64,000 nt of DNA from Ignavibacteriota bacterium. Lineage in GTDB: Bacteria > Bacteroidota > Ignavibacteria > UBA10030. The stretch lies in contig RPQN01000016.1 of the NCBI GenBank assembly GCA_003819715.1, positions 2,073 through 66,072 on the forward strand. The letters are read 5' to 3'. Positions 1 to 8,641 of the stretch are shown in pieces; position 1 is the stretch's first letter, and each line of letters starts with the position of its first letter. The position numbers and the translations under genes are program-made. Under the pieces are notes generated by a model, which worked only from the letters and a program-made list of their open reading frames with translations, was not told the origin of the DNA and did no database searches.

Positions 1-631
1 ACAGGCGGACAGGATAGGTTTCGACCGTGACATTGGGGTTGATATCCTTGATTGATTTTTTTGCTGATTCAAGCTTCGGCTTTCCAACATCGCTCGTTCC
101 ATGCATAATCTGCCGCTGCAGATTTGTTTCATCCACAACGTCAAAATCCACAATCCCGATTTTTCCGACGCCCGCTGCAGCAAGATAGAGGGCAAGGGGC
201 GAGCCAAGACCGCCTGCACCGATGAGGAGCACGCTCGCGGCTTTCAGCTTTTTCTGTCCGCTCAACCCCACTTCAGGAATGATGAGATGCCTGCTGTAGC
301 GGAGAATTTCTTCATTCGACAACCCGACTTCTTCTTCCGTCTCCACTTCTACGTCAATTCCTCCGGCAATCGACGGAATAATACTGATGGAATCCGTTTC
401 ATGAACCGGTGTCTTTTCTTTGGCGAGATAGCGAATATCGTTTTCATTGACATAAATATTCACGTAACTCCGCAGCAGGCCTTCTTCGGAATAAAGATGT
501 TGCCGGAGCGGATGATACTTTAACGTAAGATTTTTCAGAACCTCTTCTACGGTACTTCCATCCACCTCCACCGTATCTTGTTTTTCCGTATACGGGCGAA
601 GCGGGGTAGGTATAAATACTCTAATGGACAT
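1..631 (-). CDS. ThiS/MoaD-like sulfur-carrier domain fused to a MoeB/ThiF-type E1 adenylyltransferase (MoeZ-like). The 3' end runs off the window.
   Basis: Minus-strand translation from the ATG at 631 (GGAGG RBS at 636-640) gives MSIRVFIPTP...SIIPSIAGG (91 aa, beta-grasp length, ending GlyGly). An acidic linker EVETEEE follows, then the Rossmann E1 motif LLIGAGGLGSPLALYLAAAGVGKIGIVDFD. There is no stop after GG, so carrier and E1 form one polypeptide. Confidence 0.7.
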   Translation of the reverse strand, partial: MSIRVFIPTPLRPYTEKQDTVEVDGSTVEEVLKNLTLKYHPLRQHLYSEEGLLRSYVNIYVNENDIRYLAKEKTPVHETDSISIIPSIAGGIDVEVETEEEVGLSNEEILRYSRHLIIPEVGLSGQKKLKAASVLLIGAGGLGSPLALYLAAAGVGKIGIVDFDVVDETNLQRQIMHGTSDVGKPKLESAKKSIKDINPNVTVETYPVRL

Positions 632-660
632 TGGTCCTCCTTATGGATAAAAAAATTACT

Positions 661-1137
661 TTATAGTTCTGCGTGTGAAGAACTCGCAGGAATCCGGTCT
701 GACGGCACCGGAGCCGCCTGCCCGACCATAATAATCCGTTCACGAAACTGCGTCCGTTCCTCATTCAACAGCCACGCCGTCATGGCGGCGGCCTTTCCCT
801 TTTCTACTGAAACAATGATATACGTGAACCAGGGCATGGCATGGTCGGTATCGAATGCCGATGGCGCGGCAGGATGATCGGGATGCGAATGGTAAAATCC
901 GAGCAGCTCCATTTTCATTTTCCCTGCCAGCTGTTCCGCCTGCCGGTACTGCTCCGGCGAAATATAAAACCGGCGGCGGCGATTCTCGTCCTGACGGTTG
1001 TCGATTATGATCGCCTCTTCGATATGGTGCAGGCCATTCTTACTGAAGCCCAGCAGCATGCCGCAGCATTCCTCCGGATACGTTTGTTCCGCATGAAATT
1101 CAATTTTATCAACGATCTGTTTCGATAAGCGTATCAT
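661..1137 (-). CDS. JAMM/Mov34 (MPN+) metallopeptidase, Mec+/CysO-hydrolase-like
   Basis: It has a complete JAMM motif, E..(n)..HSHPDHPAAPSAFD (HxHx7Sx2D), and is 158 aa. It sits between cysM and the ThiS-E1 fusion gene, as in the mec-cysO-cysM arrangement. Confidence 0.8.
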   Translation of the reverse strand: MIRLSKQIVDKIEFHAEQTYPEECCGMLLGFSKNGLHHIEEAIIIDNRQDENRRRRFYISPEQYRQAEQLAGKMKMELLGFYHSHPDHPAAPSAFDTDHAMPWFTYIIVSVEKGKAAAMTAWLLNEERTQFRERIIMVGQAAPVPSDRIPASSSHAEL

Positions 1138-1149
1138 GCCTTCTCCCTA

Positions 1150-2124
1150 TTATTCATGTTCATTCCAAAAATGTTCGCTGCTGTACCGTGCGCCGCCGTC
1201 CGGAAAGATGGTGACGATGACCCCGCTTTCGATCTCTGATGCGATTCTGAGTGAAGCGGCAAGAGCGGCGCCGCTGGAAATACCGACAAACATTCCTTCC
1301 TCCCGCGCTAATTGCCTGGCCATACCATATGCCTCATCCGTCGAAACCGTCACATGGTTATCGGCAAGCGCTGGATCATAAATCCCCGGGACGAGCGCGG
1401 TGGGCAAATGTTTCAGTCCCTCCAGTCCATGGAGCGGTGAATCGGGTCCAAAAGAAATACAGAGGATCGACGGATCACATTCCTTTAACCTCCTGCTGGT
1501 TCCGATAAATGTGCCGGTCGTTCCCAATCCGGCCACGAAATGCGTAATTCGTTTACTGGATTGATTCCAAATTTCCCAGGCGGTTGTCGTATAATGAGCC
1601 CTCCAGTTAGCGGGATTGTTATACTGGTCGGGATAAAAATACTGTTCCGGATGTGCAGCCACAATTTCTTTGACCGCCTGCTGCGCGCCATCCGTTCCGG
1701 TGAGAGCGCTTGTTTCCAGTATTTCAGCCCCGTACGCACGGAGTACCTGTTTCCGTTCCGGACTTGCATTTGACGGAAGAGCCAGCGTTACCTTATAGCC
1801 CAGAGCGCTTCCGATCATCGCATAGGCGATCCCGGTATTGCCGCTGGTCGCATCAATGATAATTTTCCCTTTCGTCAGGGTGCCGGAATTTTCCGCTTCA
1901 AGGAGCATGTGGAGTGCCGGCCGGTCTTTGATCGAGCCGCCGGGATTAAACCATTCTGCTTTTGCATAGATGTGTACACGATCGTTCGGAATCGGAATAT
2001 TCCGGATTTTTAAAAGAGGAGTGTGGCCGATGCTCCCGAGGATCGACGAATGATCACGGACCAGCTGCTGCAGTTCTGTTTCCCGGACCTCGGGATAGGA
2101 ATCTGTTTTTGTTTTCCACGTCAT
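1150..2124 (-). CDS. cysM: PLP-dependent cysteine synthase CysM (O-phosphoserine/O-acetylserine sulfhydrylase using a thiocarboxylated carrier)
   Basis: It carries the PLP-Lys region SIKDRPAL and the glycine loop TSGNTGIAYA, and is 324 aa. It lies in an operon with the JAMM peptidase and the ThiS-E1 fusion. Confidence 0.85.
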   Translation of the reverse strand: MTWKTKTDSYPEVRETELQQLVRDHSSILGSIGHTPLLKIRNIPIPNDRVHIYAKAEWFNPGGSIKDRPALHMLLEAENSGTLTKGKIIIDATSGNTGIAYAMIGSALGYKVTLALPSNASPERKQVLRAYGAEILETSALTGTDGAQQAVKEIVAAHPEQYFYPDQYNNPANWRAHYTTTAWEIWNQSSKRITHFVAGLGTTGTFIGTSRRLKECDPSILCISFGPDSPLHGLEGLKHLPTALVPGIYDPALADNHVTVSTDEAYGMARQLAREEGMFVGISSGAALAASLRIASEIESGVIVTIFPDGGARYSSEHFWNEHE

Positions 2125-2127
2125 GCG

Positions 2128-2385
2128 CTAATCTTCCTGTTGGACTTCATGATCTGCCGGTTTCCGTACACGGGTATGTTCCATGCGCTCCTTTGCGCGC
2201 ATGACCGCTTTCAATTCCGCTTCTTCCCGTGTCATTCCGCTGGAACGGGCAATAACCGCACCCGGATCGAAATCGTCCACAGAACAGTGATACGTCTCAT
2301 GAATTTTATAACTCGTAATATGTATCTTGAACGGCGGGACTGATTCCACCCGCTCCTGATAATCCGTGGGATGGTCAATGCTCAT
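2128..2385 (-). CDS. Hypothetical 85-aa protein within the sulfur-carrier operon
   Basis: The ATG at 2385 overlaps the rhodanese stop as ATGA, and a GGGAGGA RBS lies 5 nt upstream. The gene ends 3 nt before the cysM start. I recognise no motif. Confidence 0.5.
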   Translation of the reverse strand: MSIDHPTDYQERVESVPPFKIHITSYKIHETYHCSVDDFDPGAVIARSSGMTREEAELKAVMRAKERMEHTRVRKPADHEVQQED

Positions 2386-3233
2386 GGCTGTCCTCCCTGC
2401 GCGACCGGTGCATTGACGAGATTTCCCCACTCCGTCCATGAACCGTCATAGTTCTTCACGTTCGCATACCCGAGAAGGTATTTCAGAACGAACCATGTCA
2501 GGCTGGACCGCTCGCCAATGCGGCAGTATGCAACGATATTTTTATTTGAAGTGATTCCCAGCGGCTCGTAGAGCGTCCGTAAATCTTCGAACGACCTGAA
2601 CGTGCCGTCCTCATTGACATTCTTACCCCATGGGATGTTATATGCCCCCGGCACGTGCCCTCCACGCTGGCAGGTTTCCGGCAGTCCGGGAGGCGCCAGG
2701 ACTTTTCCTGAATATTCATCCGCCGACCGGACATCGACCAGGGATATCGGATTGGCGGTGGTCGATGAAATTTCATTGACATATGCACGAAGCGATTGAT
2801 CCGGATCGGTTGCCGTATACATTTTCTTTGAAATGGCCGGGATCTCTGTTGTTACTTCTCTCCCCTCCTTGATCCATTTCTTCCTGCCTCCATTCATGAT
2901 ACGCACATCACGGTGTCCGTAAATTTTCAGCTGCCAAAACGCCCAGGCCGCAAACCAATTGTTATTGTCTCCGTAAAGAATGACGCTCGTGTTATTGTCA
3001 ATTCCGGAATTTCCCAGAAGCTGTTCCAGATCCTTCTTTGATACAAGGTCTCTCCGGACCTGGTCGGAGAGCTGGGTTTGCCAGTTCCAACCGACTGCGT
3101 TTGGGATATGGGCTTCCTTGTATGCCTGTGTATCGACATCGACTTCCACCAGCCGGGTATTCGGGTCTGACCGGTGACGGCTCACCCATTCCGTATCGAC
3201 CAGCACTTCCGGATGTGCATAACTATTTGCCAT
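2382..3233 (-). CDS. sseA: Tandem-rhodanese thiosulfate/3-mercaptopyruvate sulfurtransferase
   Basis: It has two rhodanese domains and the active-site loop CRIGERSS, and is 283 aa. Confidence 0.85.
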   Translation of the reverse strand: MANSYAHPEVLVDTEWVSRHRSDPNTRLVEVDVDTQAYKEAHIPNAVGWNWQTQLSDQVRRDLVSKKDLEQLLGNSGIDNNTSVILYGDNNNWFAAWAFWQLKIYGHRDVRIMNGGRKKWIKEGREVTTEIPAISKKMYTATDPDQSLRAYVNEISSTTANPISLVDVRSADEYSGKVLAPPGLPETCQRGGHVPGAYNIPWGKNVNEDGTFRSFEDLRTLYEPLGITSNKNIVAYCRIGERSSLTWFVLKYLLGYANVKNYDGSWTEWGNLVNAPVAQGGQP

Positions 3234-3286
3234 TGGGGTACTCCTTTAAAATGAATTTTGATATGAGTTCATATGTTGTCATCGCT

Positions 3287-3323
3287 AAAAAAAAAGCCCT
3301 TCATCAAAAACTTAACGAAGGGC
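3287..3323 (-). terminator. Intrinsic terminator-like hairpin (GCCCTTC...GAAGGGC) with a 3' U-tract on the minus strand
   Basis: On the plus strand an A9 run precedes the stem, which puts a T-tract after the stem on the minus strand. It lies downstream of the cysG-small ORF transcript and upstream of the rhodanese gene. Confidence 0.4.
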
Positions 3324-3588
3324 TGCGAATCATATAATCGTAGAGAGAACGTTTAAGGACCCGCGCCTTCGCGACAGCATACTCTTGACCATGGACAAGC
3401 GCACAGTACTTTATTTTTTTTCTTGACCGATGTCTTCATAGTCGTTTCTTCTTTACTTATTAATTGAAACACGAAAATCATCAGGAAGTTCCCTCAAATG
3501 AATATTTAAATCGTCAAGCGGAGAATGGACCGCCATCGTATGGTCACGGGCTCTCTTTTGGGGAAATACCAGGCCGGCGTTCCATGAT

Positions 3589-3825
3589 TCAAAAACCCTG
3601 TACTGCTTTCAACTTCCGGCACATCTTACAAACACTTTTATAGAACTGATAGAACGACCGGGCATCCGTTGTCCCGCAATAACGGCACTTATGCGGCATG
3701 TTATACCGCCGCTTGACGAACTCAACACTGCCGTTCCGTTTCTTTCTCTTGTAATGCTTCCAGCAAAGTCCATGCGCGACAGATGAATTAACGCAATATT
3801 TTACGATGCAATGCCGGGAGTTCAT
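3589..3825 (-). CDS. Cys-rich small protein of 78 aa (zinc-ribbon-like) coupled to cysG
   Basis: Its start overlaps the cysG stop as ATGA (3825-3822). It has 8 Cys, including CRYCG and CKMC pairs. Confidence 0.4.
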   Translation of the reverse strand: MNSRHCIVKYCVNSSVAHGLCWKHYKRKKRNGSVEFVKRRYNMPHKCRYCGTTDARSFYQFYKSVCKMCRKLKAVQGF

Positions 3826-5228
3826 GAACCATTCTCCTGAAAGAGAGATTCACTCAAGCGTAATGCCGCCTCATGCCGGGAGCGGCCATCAAGAAAGCGA
3901 ACAACATCGCCAACAATGATCAACCCCGGAGAATCGCCGGAACAATCCCCTGTCTGTTCTTCAATATCCTCCAGTACTCCCGTCACGACAGTTTCACCGG
4001 GCAGCGTCCCATGATAAATAACGGCAACAGGCTTTTGAGGAGACACTCGATGCTGAATCAATTGACTCACAATGAAACGGAGTCTCTTCACGCCCATATA
4101 AACCACGATGGTATCGATACGAGAAACACTCTGCCAGTCAACACACTCTTCACCTTTTGCCGGATCTTCGTGTCCTGTCACAAAAACAATGCTCGATGAT
4201 TCCCCGCGGTGCGTGAGCGGAACACCCAGAGAAGTCGAAACGCCGACTCCGGCAGTAATACCCGGAACCGCTTCTACTTCAATTCCCGCTTTCTGCAGTG
4301 CCTCGAGTTCTTCTCCTCCTCGTCCAAAGATGAAGGGGTCGCCGCCTTTCAATCGCACGATACGTTTTCCCTCTCGTGCTTTCGAAATAAGCAATTTATT
4401 GATCTCCTCCTGCCGTGTGCAGTGCATCCCCGATCTTTTTCCAACATAGATCTTCTCACAAGACGCCGGTGCGTGGGAAAGAATGTCAATATTGACGAGC
4501 GCATCATAGAGAACAACTTCCGCAGAATGAAGTATTCTCAGTCCTTTCACAGTCATCAGTTCCGGGTCACCGGGCCCCGCACCGACAAGAAAAACCTTCC
4601 CCTTTGGCAGGGGGATTTCCTGTTCCTGGTTCACGATCATTCCGGAATGCAGGCGGAATCGCTCCAACTCCGTATGGACCATCCGTTCGTACATTTTCTT
4701 CCGGCTCTCGAAATCCGGAAATGTCCGGAGAATCTCCTCTCGCATCCCGCCCAGGGTTTCTAATACCTCCGGATACCCACGAGAATATTCAGCCTGGATT
4801 TTGTCCCGTATGAGTTTTCCCAGGGTCGGACTTTTTCCGTTTGTCGACACAGCGATCTTGAGATCTCCTTTCTGAAAGAGAGAAGAGAGAAAGAATGTGC
4901 AGAAATGCGGTACATCAACGATGTTGACCGGGATATGCTCCCGTTGGGCGTCATGGAAGATCACCTCCTGCACCTCTTTGTTGTCCGTTGCACCAATCAC
5001 GAGGATGAATCCTTTTGCGTCCCCCGGAGCATACCCCCGGTGATGCAGGATGATTTTTCCTTCTCCTGCAAGATTTTTAATTATTTCAGATGCCTGAGGC
5101 GCTATCACCGTGACATTCGCATGTGCCTCTGCCGCACCTTTGATTTTCTGTTCTGCAACCGGGCCGCCGCCAACCACCAGGACCGGCTTATTTTCTATAT
5201 TCAGGAATATGGGATATAGCGTATTCAT
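3822..5228 (-). CDS. cysG: Siroheme synthase (precorrin-2 dehydrogenase/ferrochelatase N-domain plus uroporphyrinogen-III C-methyltransferase)
   Basis: The N-terminal Rossmann motif is VLVVGGGPVAEQK. The SUMT domain carries VFLVGAGPGDPELMTVKG. The protein is 468 aa. Confidence 0.9.
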   Translation of the reverse strand: MNTLYPIFLNIENKPVLVVGGGPVAEQKIKGAAEAHANVTVIAPQASEIIKNLAGEGKIILHHRGYAPGDAKGFILVIGATDNKEVQEVIFHDAQREHIPVNIVDVPHFCTFFLSSLFQKGDLKIAVSTNGKSPTLGKLIRDKIQAEYSRGYPEVLETLGGMREEILRTFPDFESRKKMYERMVHTELERFRLHSGMIVNQEQEIPLPKGKVFLVGAGPGDPELMTVKGLRILHSAEVVLYDALVNIDILSHAPASCEKIYVGKRSGMHCTRQEEINKLLISKAREGKRIVRLKGGDPFIFGRGGEELEALQKAGIEVEAVPGITAGVGVSTSLGVPLTHRGESSSIVFVTGHEDPAKGEECVDWQSVSRIDTIVVYMGVKRLRFIVSQLIQHRVSPQKPVAVIYHGTLPGETVVTGVLEDIEEQTGDCSGDSPGLIIVGDVVRFLDGRSRHEAALRLSESLFQENGS

Positions 5229-5252
5229 CTCTTTACCGGCATAGTATAAATT

Positions 5253-7373
5253 TTATATTGTCACCGCTGTATTTTGTTCTTTGTAAATTTCATTCACCGT
5301 GTGAAAGAATTGGTCCGCGGCAGAGAGGTAGTACTGTGCGAATTGTTCCGCCGGTTCATGTTGGTTGATGCGCAGCACGAAATCCTTGAACCCGCCGGGG
5401 AACTGAAAACGGTGTTCCGGTCCGTACCATGTTTCAAAATTTTGCAATATACCGATTTGTGTGTTTGCTATAATGTCTTTTTTCAATAAGAGCGCTTTTG
5501 CCCCGTTGACGAAGACAGTATAGCTGTGGTAAATTGCGTCGGCAAAACGACGCTGGCGAAACGCTTCTGATGCCCAGGCCAGTTTTTCCCTCGTGTCAAT
5601 CAGCAGCGTTGCACCCAGATCAATAATCACTCCCGCGCACTCGCCGACTTCCGTCTTCAGTGCAAAATTTTCCGAATGGCCCCAGTCTCTATAGTCGGCC
5701 GGAACAAGATTCGTCAGATCGGTAAGAGGCTTCAGGAGGTTGTTGAAATATTGTTTCCCTTTTCTTTGAAAATAATTTTCATAGTATTCCCCTTCCTGTT
5801 GATTCTCGAGATAGTCATTCAACAGAAGCCGGAGGCAATCGGGACCGCGCTTTGAAGGGATCTTTATCGCTTTTTGTGAGAGCATGCCCTCTCCATTTCC
5901 CAGTCTTCCGCCTCCGAGCACCACCTGTAACGCAGGAAGAGAATACTGACCGACTTTAAATGAACTGCCATGGAACCCGATGCTTGCCAGGCCATGCTGA
6001 CCGCAGGAGTTCGGGCAGCCGCTGATTTTTATTTTGATATTATTGTTATAAATCAAGTCCGGGTATTCTTCCGCAATGACTTTTTCAAACTCGAGCGCTG
6101 TATGGGTGCTATCGGATATTCCGAGATTACACGTGTCTGTTCCGGGGCACGCGGTTATATCGTTGACACTGTCGAATCCCGGTTCTGCCAGTTCTATCTC
6201 ATGGAGAGAATAGAAGAGTGCCGGGAGGTTTTCCGAACGGACAAACTTCAGCAAATATCCTTGATTGGCGGTAATACGAATATCATCCGCGGCGTAGAGC
6301 CGCGCAATCTCCGCCAGCAGCGTTGCTCTCTTCACATCAAGGTTGCCGAGAGGCACACGGACATAGATGCCATAAAATCCTTTTTGCTTCTGTTCAAAGA
6401 CATTGGTCTCCCGCCAGCGCTTGAACTGTACGGGGTCAACCGGTGCAGAAAGATATACCGCGCGTGATTCCGGGATCGAGGCTGAAGGAAGAATATCTCT
6501 CTTGACCATGTATTCCTTCACGTTGAGCGCTTTCCATTCCTCGCGAATCAGCTCCTGCATTTGAGCCAGGCCGAATTGGTCGAGCAAGAACTTCAACCGC
6601 GCTTTCTGCCTGTTTTTCCGTTCCCCGTAACGATCAAACACCCGAAGTATTGCTTCAGCATACGGCAGGATGTATTGCTCTTCAAGAAATTCGTACGCCG
6701 TCAGGGCGAGATGCGGATTCGAGCCGAGACCTCCGCCGATCAGCACCTTAAATCCGCGGGTTTCATTTCCATTGATGTTTCTTATTTGAGGGACGAATCC
6801 GATATCGTGGATAAACGTCATGGCGGTGTCATCTTCACTCGAGGAAAATGCGATTTTGAATTTTCGCCCGAGTTCCTGGCAGATGGGGTTCCGGAGAAAG
6901 TACCGGAACAATTCAAACGCATAGGGGGAGACATCGAACGGTTCTTTCGGGTCGATGCCTGCCGATGGCGATGCGGTGATATTGCGGACGGTGTTGCCGC
7001 ATGCCTCCCGCAGGGTGATATCGTCTCGCTCGAGACGCGCCCATAATTCCGGCGTCCGGTCAAGGCTGACAAAGTGAATCTGAATATCCTGACGTGTCGT
7101 CGCGTGAAGATTTCCATTCCCGTACTCTTCTGCAATATCCGAAATGGTCAGGAGCTGTTTCATAGAAAGCCGCCCGAATGGAATTTTAATCCGTACCATT
7201 TGGACGCCCGGCTGGCGCTGACCGTAAATTCCCCGTGCCAAACGAAGACTGCGAAATTTATCGACGTCCACCTGGCCGTCTCGAAACAGCTTGATCTTTT
7301 GAGCAAGGTCGAGAATATCTTGTTCAACAACAGGATGATGGAGATCCTCGAGTTCCGTTCTGAAACTTTGCAT
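5253..7373 (-). CDS. Assimilatory sulfite reductase hemoprotein (siroheme/[4Fe-4S]) with an unusually long C-terminal region
   Basis: The Cys clusters CPGTDTCNLG and ISGCPNSCGQH are present. The likely ATG at 7373 is preceded by AAAGGA; the ORF track starts at a GTG at 7403. About 250 residues follow the second cluster. Confidence 0.85.
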   Translation of the reverse strand: MQSFRTELEDLHHPVVEQDILDLAQKIKLFRDGQVDVDKFRSLRLARGIYGQRQPGVQMVRIKIPFGRLSMKQLLTISDIAEEYGNGNLHATTRQDIQIHFVSLDRTPELWARLERDDITLREACGNTVRNITASPSAGIDPKEPFDVSPYAFELFRYFLRNPICQELGRKFKIAFSSSEDDTAMTFIHDIGFVPQIRNINGNETRGFKVLIGGGLGSNPHLALTAYEFLEEQYILPYAEAILRVFDRYGERKNRQKARLKFLLDQFGLAQMQELIREEWKALNVKEYMVKRDILPSASIPESRAVYLSAPVDPVQFKRWRETNVFEQKQKGFYGIYVRVPLGNLDVKRATLLAEIARLYAADDIRITANQGYLLKFVRSENLPALFYSLHEIELAEPGFDSVNDITACPGTDTCNLGISDSTHTALEFEKVIAEEYPDLIYNNNIKIKISGCPNSCGQHGLASIGFHGSSFKVGQYSLPALQVVLGGGRLGNGEGMLSQKAIKIPSKRGPDCLRLLLNDYLENQQEGEYYENYFQRKGKQYFNNLLKPLTDLTNLVPADYRDWGHSENFALKTEVGECAGVIIDLGATLLIDTREKLAWASEAFRQRRFADAIYHSYTVFVNGAKALLLKKDIIANTQIGILQNFETWYGPEHRFQFPGGFKDFVLRINQHEPAEQFAQYYLSAADQFFHTVNEIYKEQNTAVTI

Positions 7374-7386
7374 GGGAAAATCCTTT

Positions 7387-8640
7387 TTATGAAATGAACA
7401 CACCTACCGCTGCCGTATCGTTCGTCACTTCGTCAATGAGGATAAATGCGCCGTTTGCTTTATTCCTCGCAAACGGATCGTAAAACACCTCTTGCGCGGC
7501 CGTCAGGGTCACATCGCCAATATCATTCATGGCAAGAGTCTCCGAGGTATTCGCTTCCTCGAGCGATTCAGGATGAATGACCGACTTCACGCGATCCAGC
7601 CTTGCCCGAATACGCCGCACCCCATGCTGCAGCACATAGCGCGACCGTAATTTCGCAGGGCGGTCCGTCAACCAGCACAGGCGCGCCTCGACCGACCGGG
7701 CAATCGTCGGCATGTTGTTTTCTTTCACCAGCATATCGCCGCGGCCTAAATCCACCTCCATGGAAAGCTGAAGCGAAATACTCTCACCCGCCTGTGCGGA
7801 TTCGACCCTCTTCCCTGCAACATCAATTCCGGTAACCACGGACGTGTACTGCGCGGGAAGAACGGTCACGGTATCACCGACACAAATTGTTCCGCTGGAT
7901 ATTTTTCCCGCATATCCGCGATAGTCATGGAAGGCGGGAAGTTTCGATCGAAGAACATGCTGAACCTGGAAGCGAAACGGAAGAGTGTTCCTTTCCGCAG
8001 AGATCGGAATCGTCTCGAGAATCTCGAGGAGCGGTTTCCCGGTGTACCAAGATATATTCCGGGAGGGTGTTGTAATATTATCGCCCAGACTCGCACTTAA
8101 TGGAATGAAAATAAGTTTTGCCTTCGGGAAACCAAGACGGACGGCAAACGAAGAAAGCTCATCGGTTATGGTGCGAAAAGGTGTTTCCCGGTAGCCCACG
8201 AGGTCCATTTTGTTGACGCAGACAACGATGGTTGAAAGATCAAGAATATGGGAGATAAAAAAGTGCCTATAGGTTTGCAGCAGACTGCCATTGCGGGCAT
8301 CGACGAGAATGAGCGCAGCCGAAGACGATGAAGCACCCGTGACCATATTGCGTGTGTACTGTTCGTGGCCCGGCGTATCCGCCACGATGAATTTCCGGTG
8401 CGGCGTTTGAAAATACACATGGGCAACGTCAATCGTGATGCCTTGTTCCCGTTCAGCAACAAGCCCGTCGGTCAGCAGAGAAAAATCCGGAGACTCAAAT
8501 CCGCGCCGCTTGCTTGCGCGAATCAAGTCTTCAACCTTATCAGCCGGCAGCGATTTCGTTTCGTACAACAACCTTCCGATAAGGGTGCTCTTTCCATCGT
8601 CCACACTTCCTATCGCTGCGATGCGCAGAACGTCTTTCAT
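7387..8640 (-). CDS. cysN: Sulfate adenylyltransferase subunit 1 (GTPase) without an APS-kinase domain
   Basis: The G1 motif is GSVDDGKSTLIGRL and DTPGH is present. The ATG at 8640 lies 1 nt after the cysD TAA (TAATATG). Confidence 0.9.
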   Translation of the reverse strand: MKDVLRIAAIGSVDDGKSTLIGRLLYETKSLPADKVEDLIRASKRRGFESPDFSLLTDGLVAEREQGITIDVAHVYFQTPHRKFIVADTPGHEQYTRNMVTGASSSSAALILVDARNGSLLQTYRHFFISHILDLSTIVVCVNKMDLVGYRETPFRTITDELSSFAVRLGFPKAKLIFIPLSASLGDNITTPSRNISWYTGKPLLEILETIPISAERNTLPFRFQVQHVLRSKLPAFHDYRGYAGKISSGTICVGDTVTVLPAQYTSVVTGIDVAGKRVESAQAGESISLQLSMEVDLGRGDMLVKENNMPTIARSVEARLCWLTDRPAKLRSRYVLQHGVRRIRARLDRVKSVIHPESLEEANTSETLAMNDIGDVTLTAAQEVFYDPFARNKANGAFILIDEVTNDTAAVGVFIS

Positions 8641-8641
8641 A

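Noticed and set aside
101-523. A 140-aa plus-strand ORF at the window start.
   Set aside because: It is antisense to the ThiS-E1 fusion gene, which has clear E1 motifs, and it has no features of its own.
3330-3589. Intergenic regions longer than 200 bp were scanned for tRNA-like T-arm or acceptor motifs (GGTTCGAATCC-like) and CRISPR-like spaced direct repeats. The regions were 3330..3589, 10620..11300, 26308..26688, 46067..46268, 48369..48615, 59754..60191 and 61530..61897.
   Set aside because: No T-loop consensus with a matching acceptor stem was found. No regularly spaced direct repeats of 25-40 bp were found. Only the hairpins and AT-rich promoter motifs reported above are present.
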